Assembly (NCBI GenBank): GCA_964016885.1
Contig: OZ024741.1
Location: 202,616,001 to 202,680,000 of the forward strand
Source: Eledone cirrhosa
Taxonomy: Eukaryota
Reading direction: 5' to 3'
DNA: 64,000 nt
Below the pieces are notes generated by a model. That model had not been told where the DNA came from. It searched no databases and was given only the letters and a program-made list of their open reading frames with translations. The translations under genes and the position numbers were made by a program. Positions 1-13,982 of this stretch are shown piece after piece (position 1 is the first letter of the stretch; each line of letters starts with the position of its first letter).

Positions 1-252
1 CATAATCCAGTATGTGACAAGGCTGGCTCTTGAATTACAGGTACAGTTCATCTTGTATTACAGTGCGTATTCCTGGTAGTTCTCAGGGAGATTCAGCATA
101 ATACAGTATGTGACAAGAGTGGTACCTTGAATTACAGGTACAGTTCATCTTGTATTATAGTGTGTATTCCTGGTAGTTCTCAGGGAGATTCAGCATAATA
201 CAGTATGTGACAAGAGTGGTACCTTGAATTACAAGTACTGTTCATCTTGTAT
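1..252 (-). repeat. ~96-97 bp tandem repeat (about 2.6 copies) derived from an internal SINE segment
   Basis: CAGTATGTGACAAG recurs at 8, 104 and 201. The unit is the reverse complement of the SINE body at 41760-41810 and 59190-59235. Confidence 0.75.
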
Positions 253-472
253 TGGGTCATCAAGTATGAAATTTGTAGGAATTTGTTTTTTTCTACAAAT
301 CTCATACTTGACAAGCCAATATTTTAGTACAAATGGTTGAATAATCGTCAGACACTGTACTCTTGCTATAGTTTTCGGGGAGATTCAGAGTGACACGGTG
401 TGTGACAAAGTGGTCTTTGAATTATAAGTATAGTATACGTGACTAAAATGTAGTGCGGTAAGTAAATATATA

Positions 473-1401
<929 letters not shown>

Positions 1402-1929
1402 TATACAAATGGAAGTACAGCATACTCGAAGCTCTGGCTTCAGCTAAGCTAACGAATGCAATCGGAATGTGCAGCTAAGCACTCAATAAGGTAGTTTACC
1501 TTAGAGTTATAACATTACGTTTAGACAGCTTTGCAAATTGAAGACAGCGACCGGTAAGCCTGCCGCAGGGACCAAAGCAACGAGAAAAGTGACTCAGGAA
1601 AATATGACAAACCTGGACCATCGCTTCGATATTATATAATATCTCCGCTAGGTTTCTGTAAATCCGAAAGCAACAAAATCCACTTGCGGGCATGCAAGTT
1701 ATTGGTTTTGGAAGATCGAACAGAGGATTCACGTTCTCAACAAGTTTCCGTTCTCAGTCACTCCGGTTGTGAATTTTAGCAGTAAACACCGCTGGCAGTC
1801 ACGTGGTTTTCCTAAACGGAGGTAACCCCCGGTTTTGGCGGTCAAAATTCAAAATTTGAACAAAGGAATAAATTCATTTCCACAAACCGGATAAAGCTCT
1901 CGACCAGACGTTATTAAACAAAAATAAAC

Positions 1930-1990
<61 letters not shown>

Positions 1991-2050
1991 GCCAATCATG
2001 CAAACACATACATATATGAATAAGGTAAGCCCAAATCATAGTAGGTTCAA

Positions 2051-2092
<42 letters not shown>

Positions 2093-2247
2093 GGGAATGA
2101 GGTACAACAGAAATGAAACATGGATTACAGGTTAAAATATAGTCGAGATAGATGAGAAATAAAACGAGGATGTAGTTTATGGAACACCCAAAGAAGTCGA
2201 CCTTAAGTAGGAGCAATAACATTAAGAAATACATTTTGTATTGAAAA

Positions 2248-2542
2248 TTTTGAAAGTAGGTTTATAAGTATGAATTTTCAGTAGACCTTCATAGCTGTCT
2301 CAGTGGACTAGCGGTAGGTACTAGAAACGGTGAAGATCCTGGTCTTGGGTTCACTCCTGGTCGAGAGGTACATGTAATCTTTTTCAGTTTTTATTTTACA
2401 TCCCATAGAAAAAAACTGAAAAGGTTTACCAGGAACGCTACTCCCAACCATGATCACAACCGTCTATGATTTCTCCAACTAGGCCGCCGAGACAGCTACA
2501 AAAGTATAATGAAAATTAATAATTATAAACCTACTTTCAAAA
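2248..2542. repeat. Imperfect fold-back element with tRNA-like (pol III A/B box) arms
   Basis: TTTTGAAAGTAGGTTTATAA...TAGCTGTCTC is mirrored by GAGACAGCTA...TTATAAACCTACTTTCAAAA. A-box-like TGGACTAGCGGTAGG, B-box-like GGGTTCACTCC, then a T-run. Confidence 0.55.
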
Positions 2543-2699
2543 TCAAAGTTAACAACATGTGGTGTTCTTCATGGCTTTCCTAGACCTATTAATCATATTT
2601 AGAGTCGACTTGTTAATCTTCTGGCTCTTTGGTAACAACTATTATTCCTATGTGTTTTTACCTGTTGAATTAATTTGATTTGATTATTTTAACAAACAA

Positions 2700-2890
2700 A
2701 TAATTGTTTCTACTTTTGGCACAAGGCCAGTAATTACCCAGTGCATTACTGGTAATATATTTTATCGACCTCGTAAGGATGAAAGGCAAAGTTAACCTCG
2801 GCGGGATTTGAACTCAGAATGGAAAGGGCCGTAACTCTATGCGTCAAAGCATGGCGTCCCACCCTCTACCGATACTGCCAATCCACCGCC
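2700..2890 (-). mobile_element. tRNA-derived SINE (family A)
   Basis: Reverse complement carries B box GAGTTCAAATCCC, core GCCTTTCATCCTTACGAGGTCGATAAA and tail GGCCTTGTGCCAAAAGTAGAAACAATTATT. Confidence 0.85.
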
Positions 2891-2922
2891 CTTTTAACAA
2901 ACAAATAAATAATATATATATA

Positions 2923-3744
2923 CAGTGGCGGACTGGCCAGGTTTCCAGGTTGCCCAATGGCCCAGGGAGTCCACGGTTGCATTGCAGAGGATCGCAGTAG
3001 CATTTCGGGGCCAATGCCTAGTTTTCAAAAAATACCTGAAGTCTAAGAGAAGTCTAAGAGAAAGAATGAAATAAAAAAAATAAATAAAACAATTAAGCAA
3101 AGCATTTGGTCACCCAATTCCCCAGGGAATTAATAGAATCCAAAATATATGACAGTGCAAATAGCTGGAATCAGTGGTTGTACATTCTACTACATATAAA
3201 GCTTAGTGTATTTATATATAGACACACACACAAGCTCATATATATATATATATATATTTACTCTTTTACTCTTTTACCTGTTCCAGCCATCCGGCTGAGG
3301 CCATATATATATATATATACACATACACACGAACTACTGACCAAATAATGTTTGGTACAGTTAAAGACATCTGTCAAATCAATTAGTGTGAAGGTGGTGT
3401 ATATATATATGACATATACACATTCTTCACTAGACACATACCTTCTCTATATACAGCTACATTTTTATTATCTTCTCTATTTCTCTTATTATCAATAAGA
3501 ACATAGGGAGCTGGAGTTGTGAAGTGTGGTCGTCTACTGCTCTCTAAATCAATACTAGGGGTTGCATAGGGAAACGGCAATCATTTGCAAAGATTAAGCA
3601 ATCACTATATATGTATACACATTCATATATAGAAGTGTGCAATGCGATGAAATACCAATGATGGTTGGCAAAATCACTGATGAGGGACTTATTTTATAAT
3701 ATGTAATCCATGTGCAACCATGCAGTATTCTTCTTCCCCTTGTT

Positions 3745-3815
<71 letters not shown>

Positions 3816-4380
3816 CACACATACATATACATATACATACATCTATATATATGTATATATATTCACACACAAACACACACCCACATACCCACACATACAC
3901 ACACACACATATATATGTATATGTATATATATATATTGAGTGTGAAAGACGAAAGGTCATTATTGAAAATCTCTGTAGGGCGGTAGATTGGCAGTATCGG
4001 TAGAGGGTCGGACGCCATGCTTTCCAGCATAGTTACGTCCCTTTACGATCTGAGTTCAAATCCCGCCGAGGTTGACTTTGCCTTTCATCCTTACGGGCTC
4101 GATAAAATAAAGTACCAGTAATGCACTGGGTAATTGCTGGCCTTGTGCCTAAAGTAGAAACAATTATTGAAAGTCTCTGGATTTCGCAAAATACATATTT
4201 TTTTTTATTGAAGAAGGTAAGATATTTTTCCGCAAAAATTTGATTGCACTGTTTTGTTTCCACTTATGTATTTTTTGAAAATATTATTTATTCATTATAA
4301 AAATTAAATGATAGCATTCTATATGTAGGTGGGGCCGCTTCATCTCCTGGCAACCAATATTTTTAGACCATCCGCCACTG
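2923..4380. mobile_element. Non-autonomous DNA transposon (hAT-like MITE), copy 2, with nested insertions
   Basis: CAGTGGCGGACTGG...CCATCCGCCACTG. Colinear with 473-1365, plus an extra segment (~3250-3690) and a nested SINE. Confidence 0.75.
3976..4168 (+). mobile_element. tRNA-derived SINE (family A) with target-site duplication
   Basis: A and B boxes plus core. Flanked by ATTATTGAAA(A/G)TCTCTG on both sides. The empty site is present in MITE copy 1 near 1154-1170. Confidence 0.9.
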
Positions 4381-4479
4381 AATATATACATATACACCAG
4401 TAGGGAGGTGGTCCTCGAGCGAAGGACACCAGAAGTCTCCACTGCTACGGGCTTGACCGCAAACCTGTCGGAGAACGAC

Positions 4480-4635
4480 TGATATTTGAACCTCCAAACA
4501 GTTTCTGTCTACCCAATTTCGTTCAGATAGCTTTGTTCGAACTGAGGCTACGGTAAATAACACTTGCCCAAGATGTTGCGCAGTGGGATTGATCCCGGGA
4601 CCTAATGATTGCGTAGCTATGCTGCACAACCGCAG
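4480..4635 (-). mobile_element. Degenerate tRNA-derived SINE (family C head)
   Basis: ACACTTGCCCAAG and GCGCAGTGGGATTGATCCCGGGACC read as a reversed tRNA head. Related to 25020-25150. Confidence 0.55.
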
Positions 4636-5067
4636 TAATATGTTTGAAGCTGTGAGTCAATGTGCGACTGGTTAGTGTTAGCCATTTTGGGGATGTTTAC
4701 TTAAAAGTAATGCCGTTACCATAGTTACCGTGCTTTAGTGCACTGTCGTTGGAAGAAGGCTAACTTTTGTGACAGCAGGGAGCCAGTGTCGGCAGAACAT
4801 TATCTCTGGAAGAGACAATCGAAAGAAAATAAAGCTGTGTTTAGATAGCACAGATCAATGGGCGGAAATGAAGCTAGTTTTTTTGGGGTGGGTGGGTGGT
4901 GTAGGGGTATTTGATAGAGTGGTTGGTAGTGAAGCAGTATTTGATGACGGTAGTCGACAGTGGAGCAGTATTTGATGGGGCTTGTTGGTAGGGGTGTGAA
5001 TGAATGCTATTTTAAAAAGGATGTCTAACAACAATAGCTACGTCGATATATATATATATACACATAC

Positions 5068-5100
<33 letters not shown>

Positions 5101-5565
5101 CACACACACACACATATATATATATATATTATCTCAGAAGAAATTCGCGATGTTGTCATCTGAGACCCGACCCATTCTTTGGGGTTTTTTTCTAAAACAT
5201 TTGTGTCTTACGTTTATCTTCTAACCCTACCACATCCTATTTGCATAGGTTCCTCCAACTTTTATATTTTACACCCTCCACCCTCGTTTCACAGGTTCCA
5301 CCAACCTTTGACCTCTACACCCTCCACCCAAGTCCCGCTGGGTTCTCTAACTTTTACGCCTTTCTTCAATTAACCAACATCTTTACCTAGTTTGACAATC
5401 AAATCTAAAGTCTGTTTCTTCTCTGCATTGTTTTATTTCTGACTTTTATTTGCCTGAAATAGCGACAAGAAAAAATATTTAATGTTTATTCAGTGGTTTG
5501 ATATTATTATTTCACAGTTGTACTTGGTTAGCAAAGTGACTTGATCTGAGACCGGGTGTTGAAAA

Positions 5566-5632
5566 TGATATATATATTTATATATATGTGTGTGTGTATA
5601 TATATGTATATATATGTTTATATATATATGTA

Positions 5633-5671
<39 letters not shown>

Positions 5672-5681
5672 AATGTATATA

Positions 5682-5729
<48 letters not shown>

Positions 5730-5814
5730 CATGTATATATATGTACATATATATATATATATATATGTGTGAGTGTATAAATATGTATATATATATATAT
5801 GTGTATATGTATAT

Positions 5815-5907
<93 letters not shown>

Positions 5908-5919
5908 CATGTATATATA

Positions 5920-5981
<62 letters not shown>

Positions 5982-6062
5982 AGTGTATAAATATGTATAT
6001 ATATATGTGTGTGTTTGTGTATGTATATATATATATATATATATACATACACAAACACACAT
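5566..6062. repeat. Compound (TA)n/(TG)n microsatellite
   Basis: Direct inspection. Confidence 0.95.
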
Positions 6063-6344
6063 ACAGAGTTGATATGAGATCGTGTGTTGAAACTACAGCA
6101 ATTATATCGTGGTAGAGTCATTTCAGCCATTCAAAAACATATAAAAACTGCTAACTTCACTTTACATTAATCTTATATTTCTTGGTGTTATGATTTTCCT
6201 TGCACTGTTCTTGACTCGGTCATTCAACACAGTTCCATAGTTAACTTTACATTTATCATTTATTCGCAGAAAATCCGCCATCAGTGTAGTATTTCTGGAG
6301 TATGTTTCCGTCTGTTTCGTAATGTATCCATCAATGTATACAAA

Positions 6345-6620
6345 TGTATGATTAACTTTTCATTTGAAGAGGAAAATGAGGAGGTGGGGAAGTGCTGCCT
6401 TCTAGCCAGTTTGTTGAAATGTGGGTGACAGTAGCGAGCATGGTCCGAGTGAACTGGCATGCTGTGGATATGCGCTTGGAGTTTGGAGTAGGACAGCTGG
6501 AGGTCACTTTCCCTAGCGGTCAGGCTGCTGTGACTCTTTGTGGGCTTTTTCCACGAGTCACCCTCATTGGGGAGTCTCTTTTTTTGTTTGAATTTTTTAC
6601 GATACATTTTACATGAAAAA
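6345..6620 (+). mobile_element. Old 3' fragment of L1/Tx1-clade LINE
   Basis: Encodes ...FVEMWVTVASMVRVN, homologous to the ORF2 end at 35180-35250. Confidence 0.7.
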
Positions 6621-6707
6621 ACTCAAAGTGAATGGTTTATTACCGCCCTGTGTCATCTATAAAGGTTTGTTGACGTCAGGTCTGTGTGGTTAATGAAGAA
6701 ATTATTG

Positions 6708-6924
6708 TGGATTGGCAGTATCGGTAGAGCGTCGAACAACATGCTTCGCAGTATACAGTTACATCCCTTTACGTTCTGAGTTCAAATCCCACCGAGGTTA
6801 GCTTTGTCTTTCATCCTTACGGGGTCGGTAAAATAAAACACCAGTAATGTACTGGGGTCGATTTAATCGACTTTCCCCTGCCCCGAAATTGCTGGCCTTG
6901 TGCCTATAGTAGAAATCATTATTA
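6708..6924 (+). mobile_element. tRNA-derived SINE (family A)
   Basis: A and B boxes, core TCTTTCATCCTTACGGGGTCGGTAAAATAAAACACCAG, ATT tail. Confidence 0.85.
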
Positions 6925-6929
6925 TGAGG

Positions 6930-7430
6930 GGAAAGACAGGCTGTTTTTATCTGCCTGGTGGCCGTGGCGAAAGAGGTCGTGTGGTGGACGCGTCTGAAAT
7001 GGTGGAGGACAAGCATTTTCTTCTTCGGTGAAGTTCTGATTAATTATTTGAGGTTTCACTTGAAGAGGAAAATCAGGATGGGAAGGGAAGTGCTACCTTT
7101 CAACCAGTTTGTTGAAAGGTGGGTGAGAGTAGCGAGCATGGTCCGTGTGAATGGGCCTGCTTTGAGTATATGCCTGTAGATTGGAGGAAAATAACTGGGG
7201 AGCACTTTCCTTAGCGGACATGGTGACTGTGGCTTTTTGTGTGTTTTCTCCACGAATGACACTCGGAGTCTTTCCACTTGCGGGGAATTTGTTATGTTTC
7301 CTCTTTTTTTCCTTTTTTATGTTTCCTTTTTTAATGTTTATTTTCTTAGTCTCTGTTACAAATTATATTTTACACAAAAAAATCCACATTGTACTGTCAT
7401 ACGCCATCTTTAATGCTTTTTTAATGTGAG
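6930..7430 (+). mobile_element. Old 3' fragment of L1/Tx1-clade LINE
   Basis: AVAKEVVWWTRLK...RVNGP matches the C-terminus of the LINE ORF at 33323-35251. Confidence 0.8.
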
Positions 7431-7433
7431 CCC

Positions 7434-7616
7434 TCGCAGCATAGAGTTAAGGCCTTTTACGTTCTGAGTTCAAATCCCGGCAAGGTTAGCTTTGCTTTTC
7501 ATCCTTACGGGGTCGATAAAATAAAGCACCAGTAATGCACTGGGGTCGCTTAATCGACTTTCCTCTCCCCATAAATTACTGGCCTTGTGCCTATACTAGA
7601 AATCCTTATTATTATT
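7434..7616 (+). mobile_element. tRNA-derived SINE (family A), 5'-truncated
   Basis: B box, core and tail as in the other copies. Confidence 0.85.
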
Positions 7617-7699
7617 CAACGTCAAAATGTAAAGAAATGTGGCGAGTCAGTTTCACTAGGCCTATTAATCGAAAAGCAAAGAAGATACTTAATCAACAT

Positions 7700-9552
7700 A
7701 TACAACACAATATACTCTACACAACACGATATATTCTACACATCACAATATATTCTACACCACACTATATTCTACACATCACAATATATTCTACACCACA
7801 ATATATTCTACACATCACAATATATTCTACACCACACAATATATTCTACACATCACAATATATTCTACACATCACAATATATTCTACACCACAATATATT
7901 CTACACAGCACAATATATTCTACACCACACAATATATTCTACACAACACAGTATATTCTACACAGCACAATATATTCTACACAACATAATATATTCTACA
8001 CATCACAATATATTCTACACCACACAATATATTCTACACCACAATATATTCTACACCACACAATATATTCTACATATCACAATATATTCTACACCACAAT
8101 ATATTCTACACCACACAATATATTCTACATATCACAATATATTATACACCCCAAAATGCATTCTACACAACAATATATTCTACACCCCACATTATATTCT
8201 ACGCAACACAATATATTGTATACCCCACAATATATTCTATACAATATATTCTACACCGCACAGTATATTCTGCGCAATATATACACCCAACAATATATTC
8301 TACACCACAATATATTCTACACCACAATATATTCTATACCACAATATATTCTACACCACAATATATTCTATACCAGAATATATTCTACCACACAATATAT
8401 TCTATACCACAATATATTCTACACCACAATATATTCCACACCACAATATATTCTACACCACACAATATATTCTACACATCACAATATATTCTATACCACA
8501 ATATATTCTACACCACAATATATTGTACACCACAATATATTCTATACCACAATATATTCTATACGACAATATATTCTACACAACAATATATTCTACACCA
8601 CAATATATTCTATACCACAATATATTGTATACCACAATATATCCTATACCACAATATATTCTACACATCACAATATATTCTACACCACACAATATATTCT
8701 ACACATCACAATATATTCTACACATCACAATATATTCTATACCACAATATATTCTACACCACAATATATTCTATACCACACAATATATTCTATACCACAA
8801 TATATTCTACACCACACAATATATTCTACACCACAATATATTCTACACCCAACAATATATTCTACACCACACAATATATTCTACACCACACAATATATTC
8901 TACACCACAATATATTCTACACCCAACAATATATTCTACACCACACAATATATTCTACACCACACAATATATTCTACACCACAATATATTCTATACCACA
9001 CAATATATTCTACACAACAATATATTCTACACCACAATATATTCTACACCGCAATATATTCTACACCGCAATATATTCTACACAACAATATATTCTACTC
9101 TACAACATATTCTATGCCACAATATATTCTACACCACAATATATTCTACACCACAATATATTCTATACCACAATATATTCTATACCACACAATATATTCT
9201 ACACAACAATATATTCTACACCACAATATATTCTACACCACAATATATTCTACACCACACAATATATTCTACACCACAATATATTCTACTCTACAATATA
9301 TTCTACACCACAATATATTCTACACCACAGAATATATTCTACACCACACAATATATTCTACACCACAATATATTCTACTCTACAATATATTCTACGCCAC
9401 AATATATTCTACACCAGAATATATTTTACACCAGAATATATTCTACACCACGATATATTCTACACAACACAATATATTCTACACCACACAATATATTCTA
9501 CACCACATTATATTCTATTCTACAATATATTCTACACAACACAATATATTCC
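7700..9552. repeat. Minisatellite of 18-20 bp units, consensus CAATATATTCTACACCA(CA)
   Basis: Roughly 95 tandem units. This explains the 677-aa and 671-aa pseudo-ORFs. Confidence 0.95.
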
Positions 9553-9584
9553 ACTTATTGTCTTTTAGATTACACCCCGTCTCT

Positions 9585-9735
9585 AATGTTGAATCTTCCT
9601 GAGAATTACGTTAAGGATACCCGTATCTGTAGAATGCCCAGTCACTTTATACGTTACTTTTACGAGCAGGCTATTCCATTGATCGAATATCTGGAACACT
9701 CATCGTGGAAAATGACGGACATCCATTCCATAGAT
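9585..9735 (+). mobile_element. SINE family B body fragment
   Basis: GAATCTTCCTGAGAATTACGTTAAGG...GCAGGCTATTCCATTGATC, shared with 23150-23400, 41650-41930 and 59040-59310. Confidence 0.7.
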
Positions 9736-10082
9736 ATGTAAGCTGTGTATTTTAGCGACTGTAGCCTTCTGTAGAATTTTCGCCATACGGTTACAATTTT
9801 GTGAACGTACTGTGAGAAATATCTTGCAGTGCAGTCCATCATTAGCATGTACCATGACTGCATGCACAACTTCACTTATCTCCAATGTGTAACATATGTC
9901 AACAGTTTGTTTGTCTCTCATTCTTCCCTTCCATATAATACAAATCGTTGGGCGATGACTTCATAGATTTCTCCCTGTATTCGTGGCCATTTATCTCATC
10001 AGTCGAGGAATTGTTAGATCAATGCGTTTTTATGGTTAAGAATAGTTTCTTAATAGTAATGATGATGATGATGGTGATGATG

Positions 10083-10118
<36 letters not shown>

Positions 10119-10139
10119 TTTTTTTCTAACATACACAGC

Positions 10140-10765
10140 AATGGATTGGCAGAATCATTAGCACGTCGGATAAAATACTTTGGAATATGTTCCTATTTAC
10201 ATTCTAAGTTCAAATCCCACCGAGGTCAACTTTACCTTTCATCCTTCCAGAGTCGATGAAATAAAGTACCAGAAAAGTAACCTATTTTCCTTTCACCCCA
10301 AATTATTGACATTAAGCCTAAAGTAGAAAACATTATTTCTAACATAGGCACAAGGCCAGCAGTTGGGGAATGTCAATTAAATCTACCCCAGTACTTTACT
10401 GGTACTTTATTTTATTGACCTGGGAAGGATGAAAAGTAAAGTTGACTTCGGTGGGATTTAAACTGAGAACGTAAAGGGCCAGAATAAATATGATATGAGC
10501 TTGTCCGACACTCGAATAACACTGCCAATCCACCGACCTAATAATAATAATAATAATGGTTTCTTATATAGGCACAAGGCCAGCAATTTTTTGGGGAGGG
10601 GAAAGTTGATCAAATCGATCCCAGTGCGTGACTGGTGCTTCATTTTATCGACCCCGTAAGGATGAAAGGCAAAGTTAACCTCGGCGGGATTCTAACTCAG
10701 ATCATAAAGGGCCATAACTCTATGCTGCAAAGCATGGTGTCTGACGCTCTACCGATACTGCTTTC
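10140..10765. mobile_element. Cluster of three family A SINEs (+ 10140-10335, - 10335-10540, - 10555-10765)
   Basis: Each carries the core and B box. Separated by AAT/GAT triplet tails. Confidence 0.8.
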
Positions 10766-10774
10766 ACCACCCTA

Positions 10775-10820
<46 letters not shown>

Positions 10821-10849
10821 CGAGAATGTACAGGACGACATTACGTGGG

Positions 10850-11530
10850 TTTACATGAAAACGTGTAAAAAAAGGAGGATAAAGAAAACAAAAACGAAAT
10901 GGGTAACAATAAACTGAGACAAAAATCCCCAATAGGATGGGGTCTGCAGAGAGCTACTCGTGGTAAAGCCACGGTTAAACTGACCAGTAAAGAGTAAATG
11001 CCCTCTTCCAGTTGTCCTCCTCCAATATTCATGTGCACCATGAGCAGACCCGTTCGCTCGGCCCTGTTGCCACTCTTATTCACCGTTCAACAAATTTGCT
11101 GGAAAGCAGCATTTCCCTCTCCACCTGCTATTTCCTTTTCAAGGGAAATTTGAAAAAGTTTATGAAGGCTTGGACAAAGAAGAAAGTGTCTGTCATCAGC
11201 ATTTTTAAGCATGTCCACCACAAAACCCTTGGATGATTGCGTGTAAGATGCTCTCGTCGTCTTGCGTGCAGCTCGGACAAGCCAAGCTGACAGTATTTCT
11301 GTGCCTGTAGAGTTTATCCCAAACCTACAATGTTCTTCGGTAGCAATACCAGGTGAGGGATTTCTGGAAATTATCCATAGACTTTGGACCAAATGTCAAC
11401 CGGAAAAATTAGCCAGATGGCTTTCGTCGAAGCTCAGTGTTTCAAACGTGCTTTGGACAAATTCCTCCAGGAAATCCCAGATAAACCCCCTAAACCTGGA
11501 TATGTCTCCGAAAACACCAACTTGTAACTA
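10850..11530 (-). mobile_element. Old, deleted 3' fragment of L1/Tx1-clade LINE
   Basis: Minus-strand translation DNFQKSLTWYCYRRTL*VWDKLYRH...CPSC...E matches DNFQKSLAWQCYRGALPVRERLYRH of the young copies. Confidence 0.75.
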
Positions 11531-11674
11531 GAGTGAGCCACGATGCTCAAAACATGATTATGTTGTGAACCCATAATCTGAAAGATTCGTCAGTTGGTGC
11601 TATTAAGCTAGACATGGCTGAGCCAACACTGACCTATCAAAGTTATCAAAGTTATCAAAGTCTCTCTCTCTCTC

Positions 11675-11712
<38 letters not shown>

Positions 11713-11717
11713 GCCCC

Positions 11718-11748
<31 letters not shown>

Positions 11749-11834
11749 TGAAATGCCCGTAACCATGTATAAATAAATAATAATAATACTAATCCTTGGT
11801 CTTATTGAATTTTGAATTATATATATATATATAT

Positions 11835-12395
11835 GGTGGTGGCTGCCAACTCGTTTTCGAGTACTGCCACTACTTTATATCCATGTAGGAGAACCCCTAC
11901 CAATGCGCTGAACGAGTGTGACTTTTTAGTCCAGCCAGCGACTTGAAAACTCTGGTACAAACACTACACTTGTGACAATTATTGACACATAGTGCTAGGC
12001 CCATGGTACCATGTGACGACAAGTGCAGAGAGATCTCCAGATATAAAGCAATGCCCGTGCCGTGAAGCTTTTATAGTGAGCAAAGGCACTGCACAAAGCC
12101 AGTCCCACTCTCTTGACCAAGATGATATTTACCAAAAAGACGAACAAGTCAACATCATTGGATACCATCAGGGTTGCAGGTGTTATATCAGAGTTTTCCT
12201 TCTCCTAGAATTCTGCCTTGACAAAGGCTAAGGGGTCATCTCTCCCGGTGAATTTTGATGGCCATTGACTCTTAAGAGCTGCTTTGCCCTTTGACAGGTT
12301 TTGTTTTTAGTCCTGCAGAATGTCCAAAGTCACCCTCCTCACCAAGAAACCTTGGTGGGGTTGCCAGTTTAGTCGCCAACGACCCGACCATGAGA
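11835..12395 (-). mobile_element. Non-autonomous retroposon with an RTE-like 5' region; second, rearranged copy at 46986-47379
   Basis: Near-identical second copy in the window. The minus strand contains TAGCCTTTGTCAAGGCAGAATTCTAGGAGAAGGAAAACTCTGA, resembling RTE 5' UTR motifs. Flanked by TA/CA tracts. Confidence 0.55.
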
Positions 12396-12404
12396 CATAT
12401 ATAT

Positions 12405-12474
<70 letters not shown>

Positions 12475-12483
12475 TTATTTATG

Positions 12484-12730
12484 TTATGTAATAAACAACA
12501 TAAGAAAATTATTTCATTTACCCGTGGTTTCTTGAAAGCAAACAAATCTGCTTTCAGTCGCCAGAATGAAAAAATCCTGGTGTTTTTATTGAATGTGGAT
12601 TTGCTTTCAAGAAACCACTGGTAAATGAAATAATTATCTTATGTTGTTTATTACATAACTAATAAGCTCTGTAACCTACATAGAGCACTCTTTTTTCCTG
12701 GACCTTTCCGACGGAATTACTTCATTCACA
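12484..12730. repeat. Asymmetric fold-back element
   Basis: Arms ~12484-12542 and ~12599-12658 are inverted copies. The right arm extends ~70 bp to a TA tract. Confidence 0.75.
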
Positions 12731-13387
12731 TATATATATAAATTATATTTGGGAAACGCAATTAAGATAAAAAAATATATATTTACCTATTTACTCAGTG
12801 TCCCTACTGCAGTTTCATTAAACAAAACTCAACATTTAAACTGTGAATACCTCAAATCGCCAGGGAACATTTTCAGACAGGAATGGATTCAACCGAGTTA
12901 TCCGCTACCAGCGATAATTTCGAACGGGAGAATTATCACGTAATTAGCATCCTACAGAGGGGGTAGCGGTATGTAGACAACAGTGAAAGGATTGGTAAAT
13001 ATAGCAGTCCGACTCGGCCAAATTCTTTACTCGGCCGTAAGTAAACAGGTAAATATTTCTTTATCTTATTCGCGTTTCCAAAATTTATTTTTATTATGCT
13101 CTGAATAATTAATTCTTATTAATTCCTTCATTGACCAAAGTTGGTGTCTGTTGGACTCCCTCATATGTATGTCTCTACCGATAAGCAAATTGCACCGATG
13201 AGCAAATTGGCCAAATACTGATTAATAGGCCGCCGATTATCTATAATGTAATTATGTATCGTGATAAGAAAATGCGTATTATATTTAATTGTAAGTAATA
13301 TATTATATTTCACAATTAATCATAATTATGGAGTTACTGTTTCAGAGCACATGGTGACAAGATTAGGTAACACATACAAGCCGGATA

Positions 13388-13535
13388 TCTTCTTCTTCTT
13401 CTAACACTCCGCCCAGCCTTGTCCTGTTAGAAGCAACTGTCTCCAACTGATCCGGCTGGATCCCCAAGCGAAACCAGCCAAGCTCATGGATGTTATCCAA
13501 CCATCTTGCTTAGGGTCTCCTGCCGGTTGGTTTTG
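13388..13535 (-). mobile_element. RTE LINE extreme 3' end
   Basis: Minus frame reads GRPKQ-WLDNI..., ending in a (GAA)n tail. Confidence 0.6.
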
Positions 13536-13982
13536 CCCCGTAAAATCTGTCCAGAATAATTTACTTTGATTATTAAATTCCATTTTTTGTTTGAGTAAGT
13601 TAAGGTAACAGTAATCGTTATTACTGAATAACTTTTGAATACCTTGGTATAAACATGCAATTTGAATAGTTTTCATTTTAAATTAATTCCATTTTAAAAG
13701 ATCAATTAAACACATATTCTCACAGGTGAGTAGGAGGGATTCTTTTTTACTTTGATACTCTTTAAACTACAGGGAGTTATGTTCTCTTGGTATTCCGAGT
13801 AATTTCCATTTATGTCGATTAGTGTTTTTGAGCATTAGGAACAATTATATTAAATCGGTGAGCTTAGATTGTGTGTCCTAAGAAATAATGTTTCTTATGT
13901 ATTTCTACATGTTGAAGCCAATATTTCTGAATTTATCTATCACCTAAACCTTCTAGCTCCAACAGGAATGCCATCAACAATA

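Noticed and set aside
6248-6292. Minus-strand HHR-like CTGATG-GCGGA-TTT-TCTGC-GAAT in a pLTR-like segment
   Set aside because: Two core positions deviate. Possibly a decayed ribozyme, but not supportable.
7535-9602. 677-aa and 671-aa ORFs, and a CRISPR-like appearance
   Set aside because: Minisatellite translation. Linkers are only 6-8 nt and self-similar, so they are not spacers. No cas genes are present.
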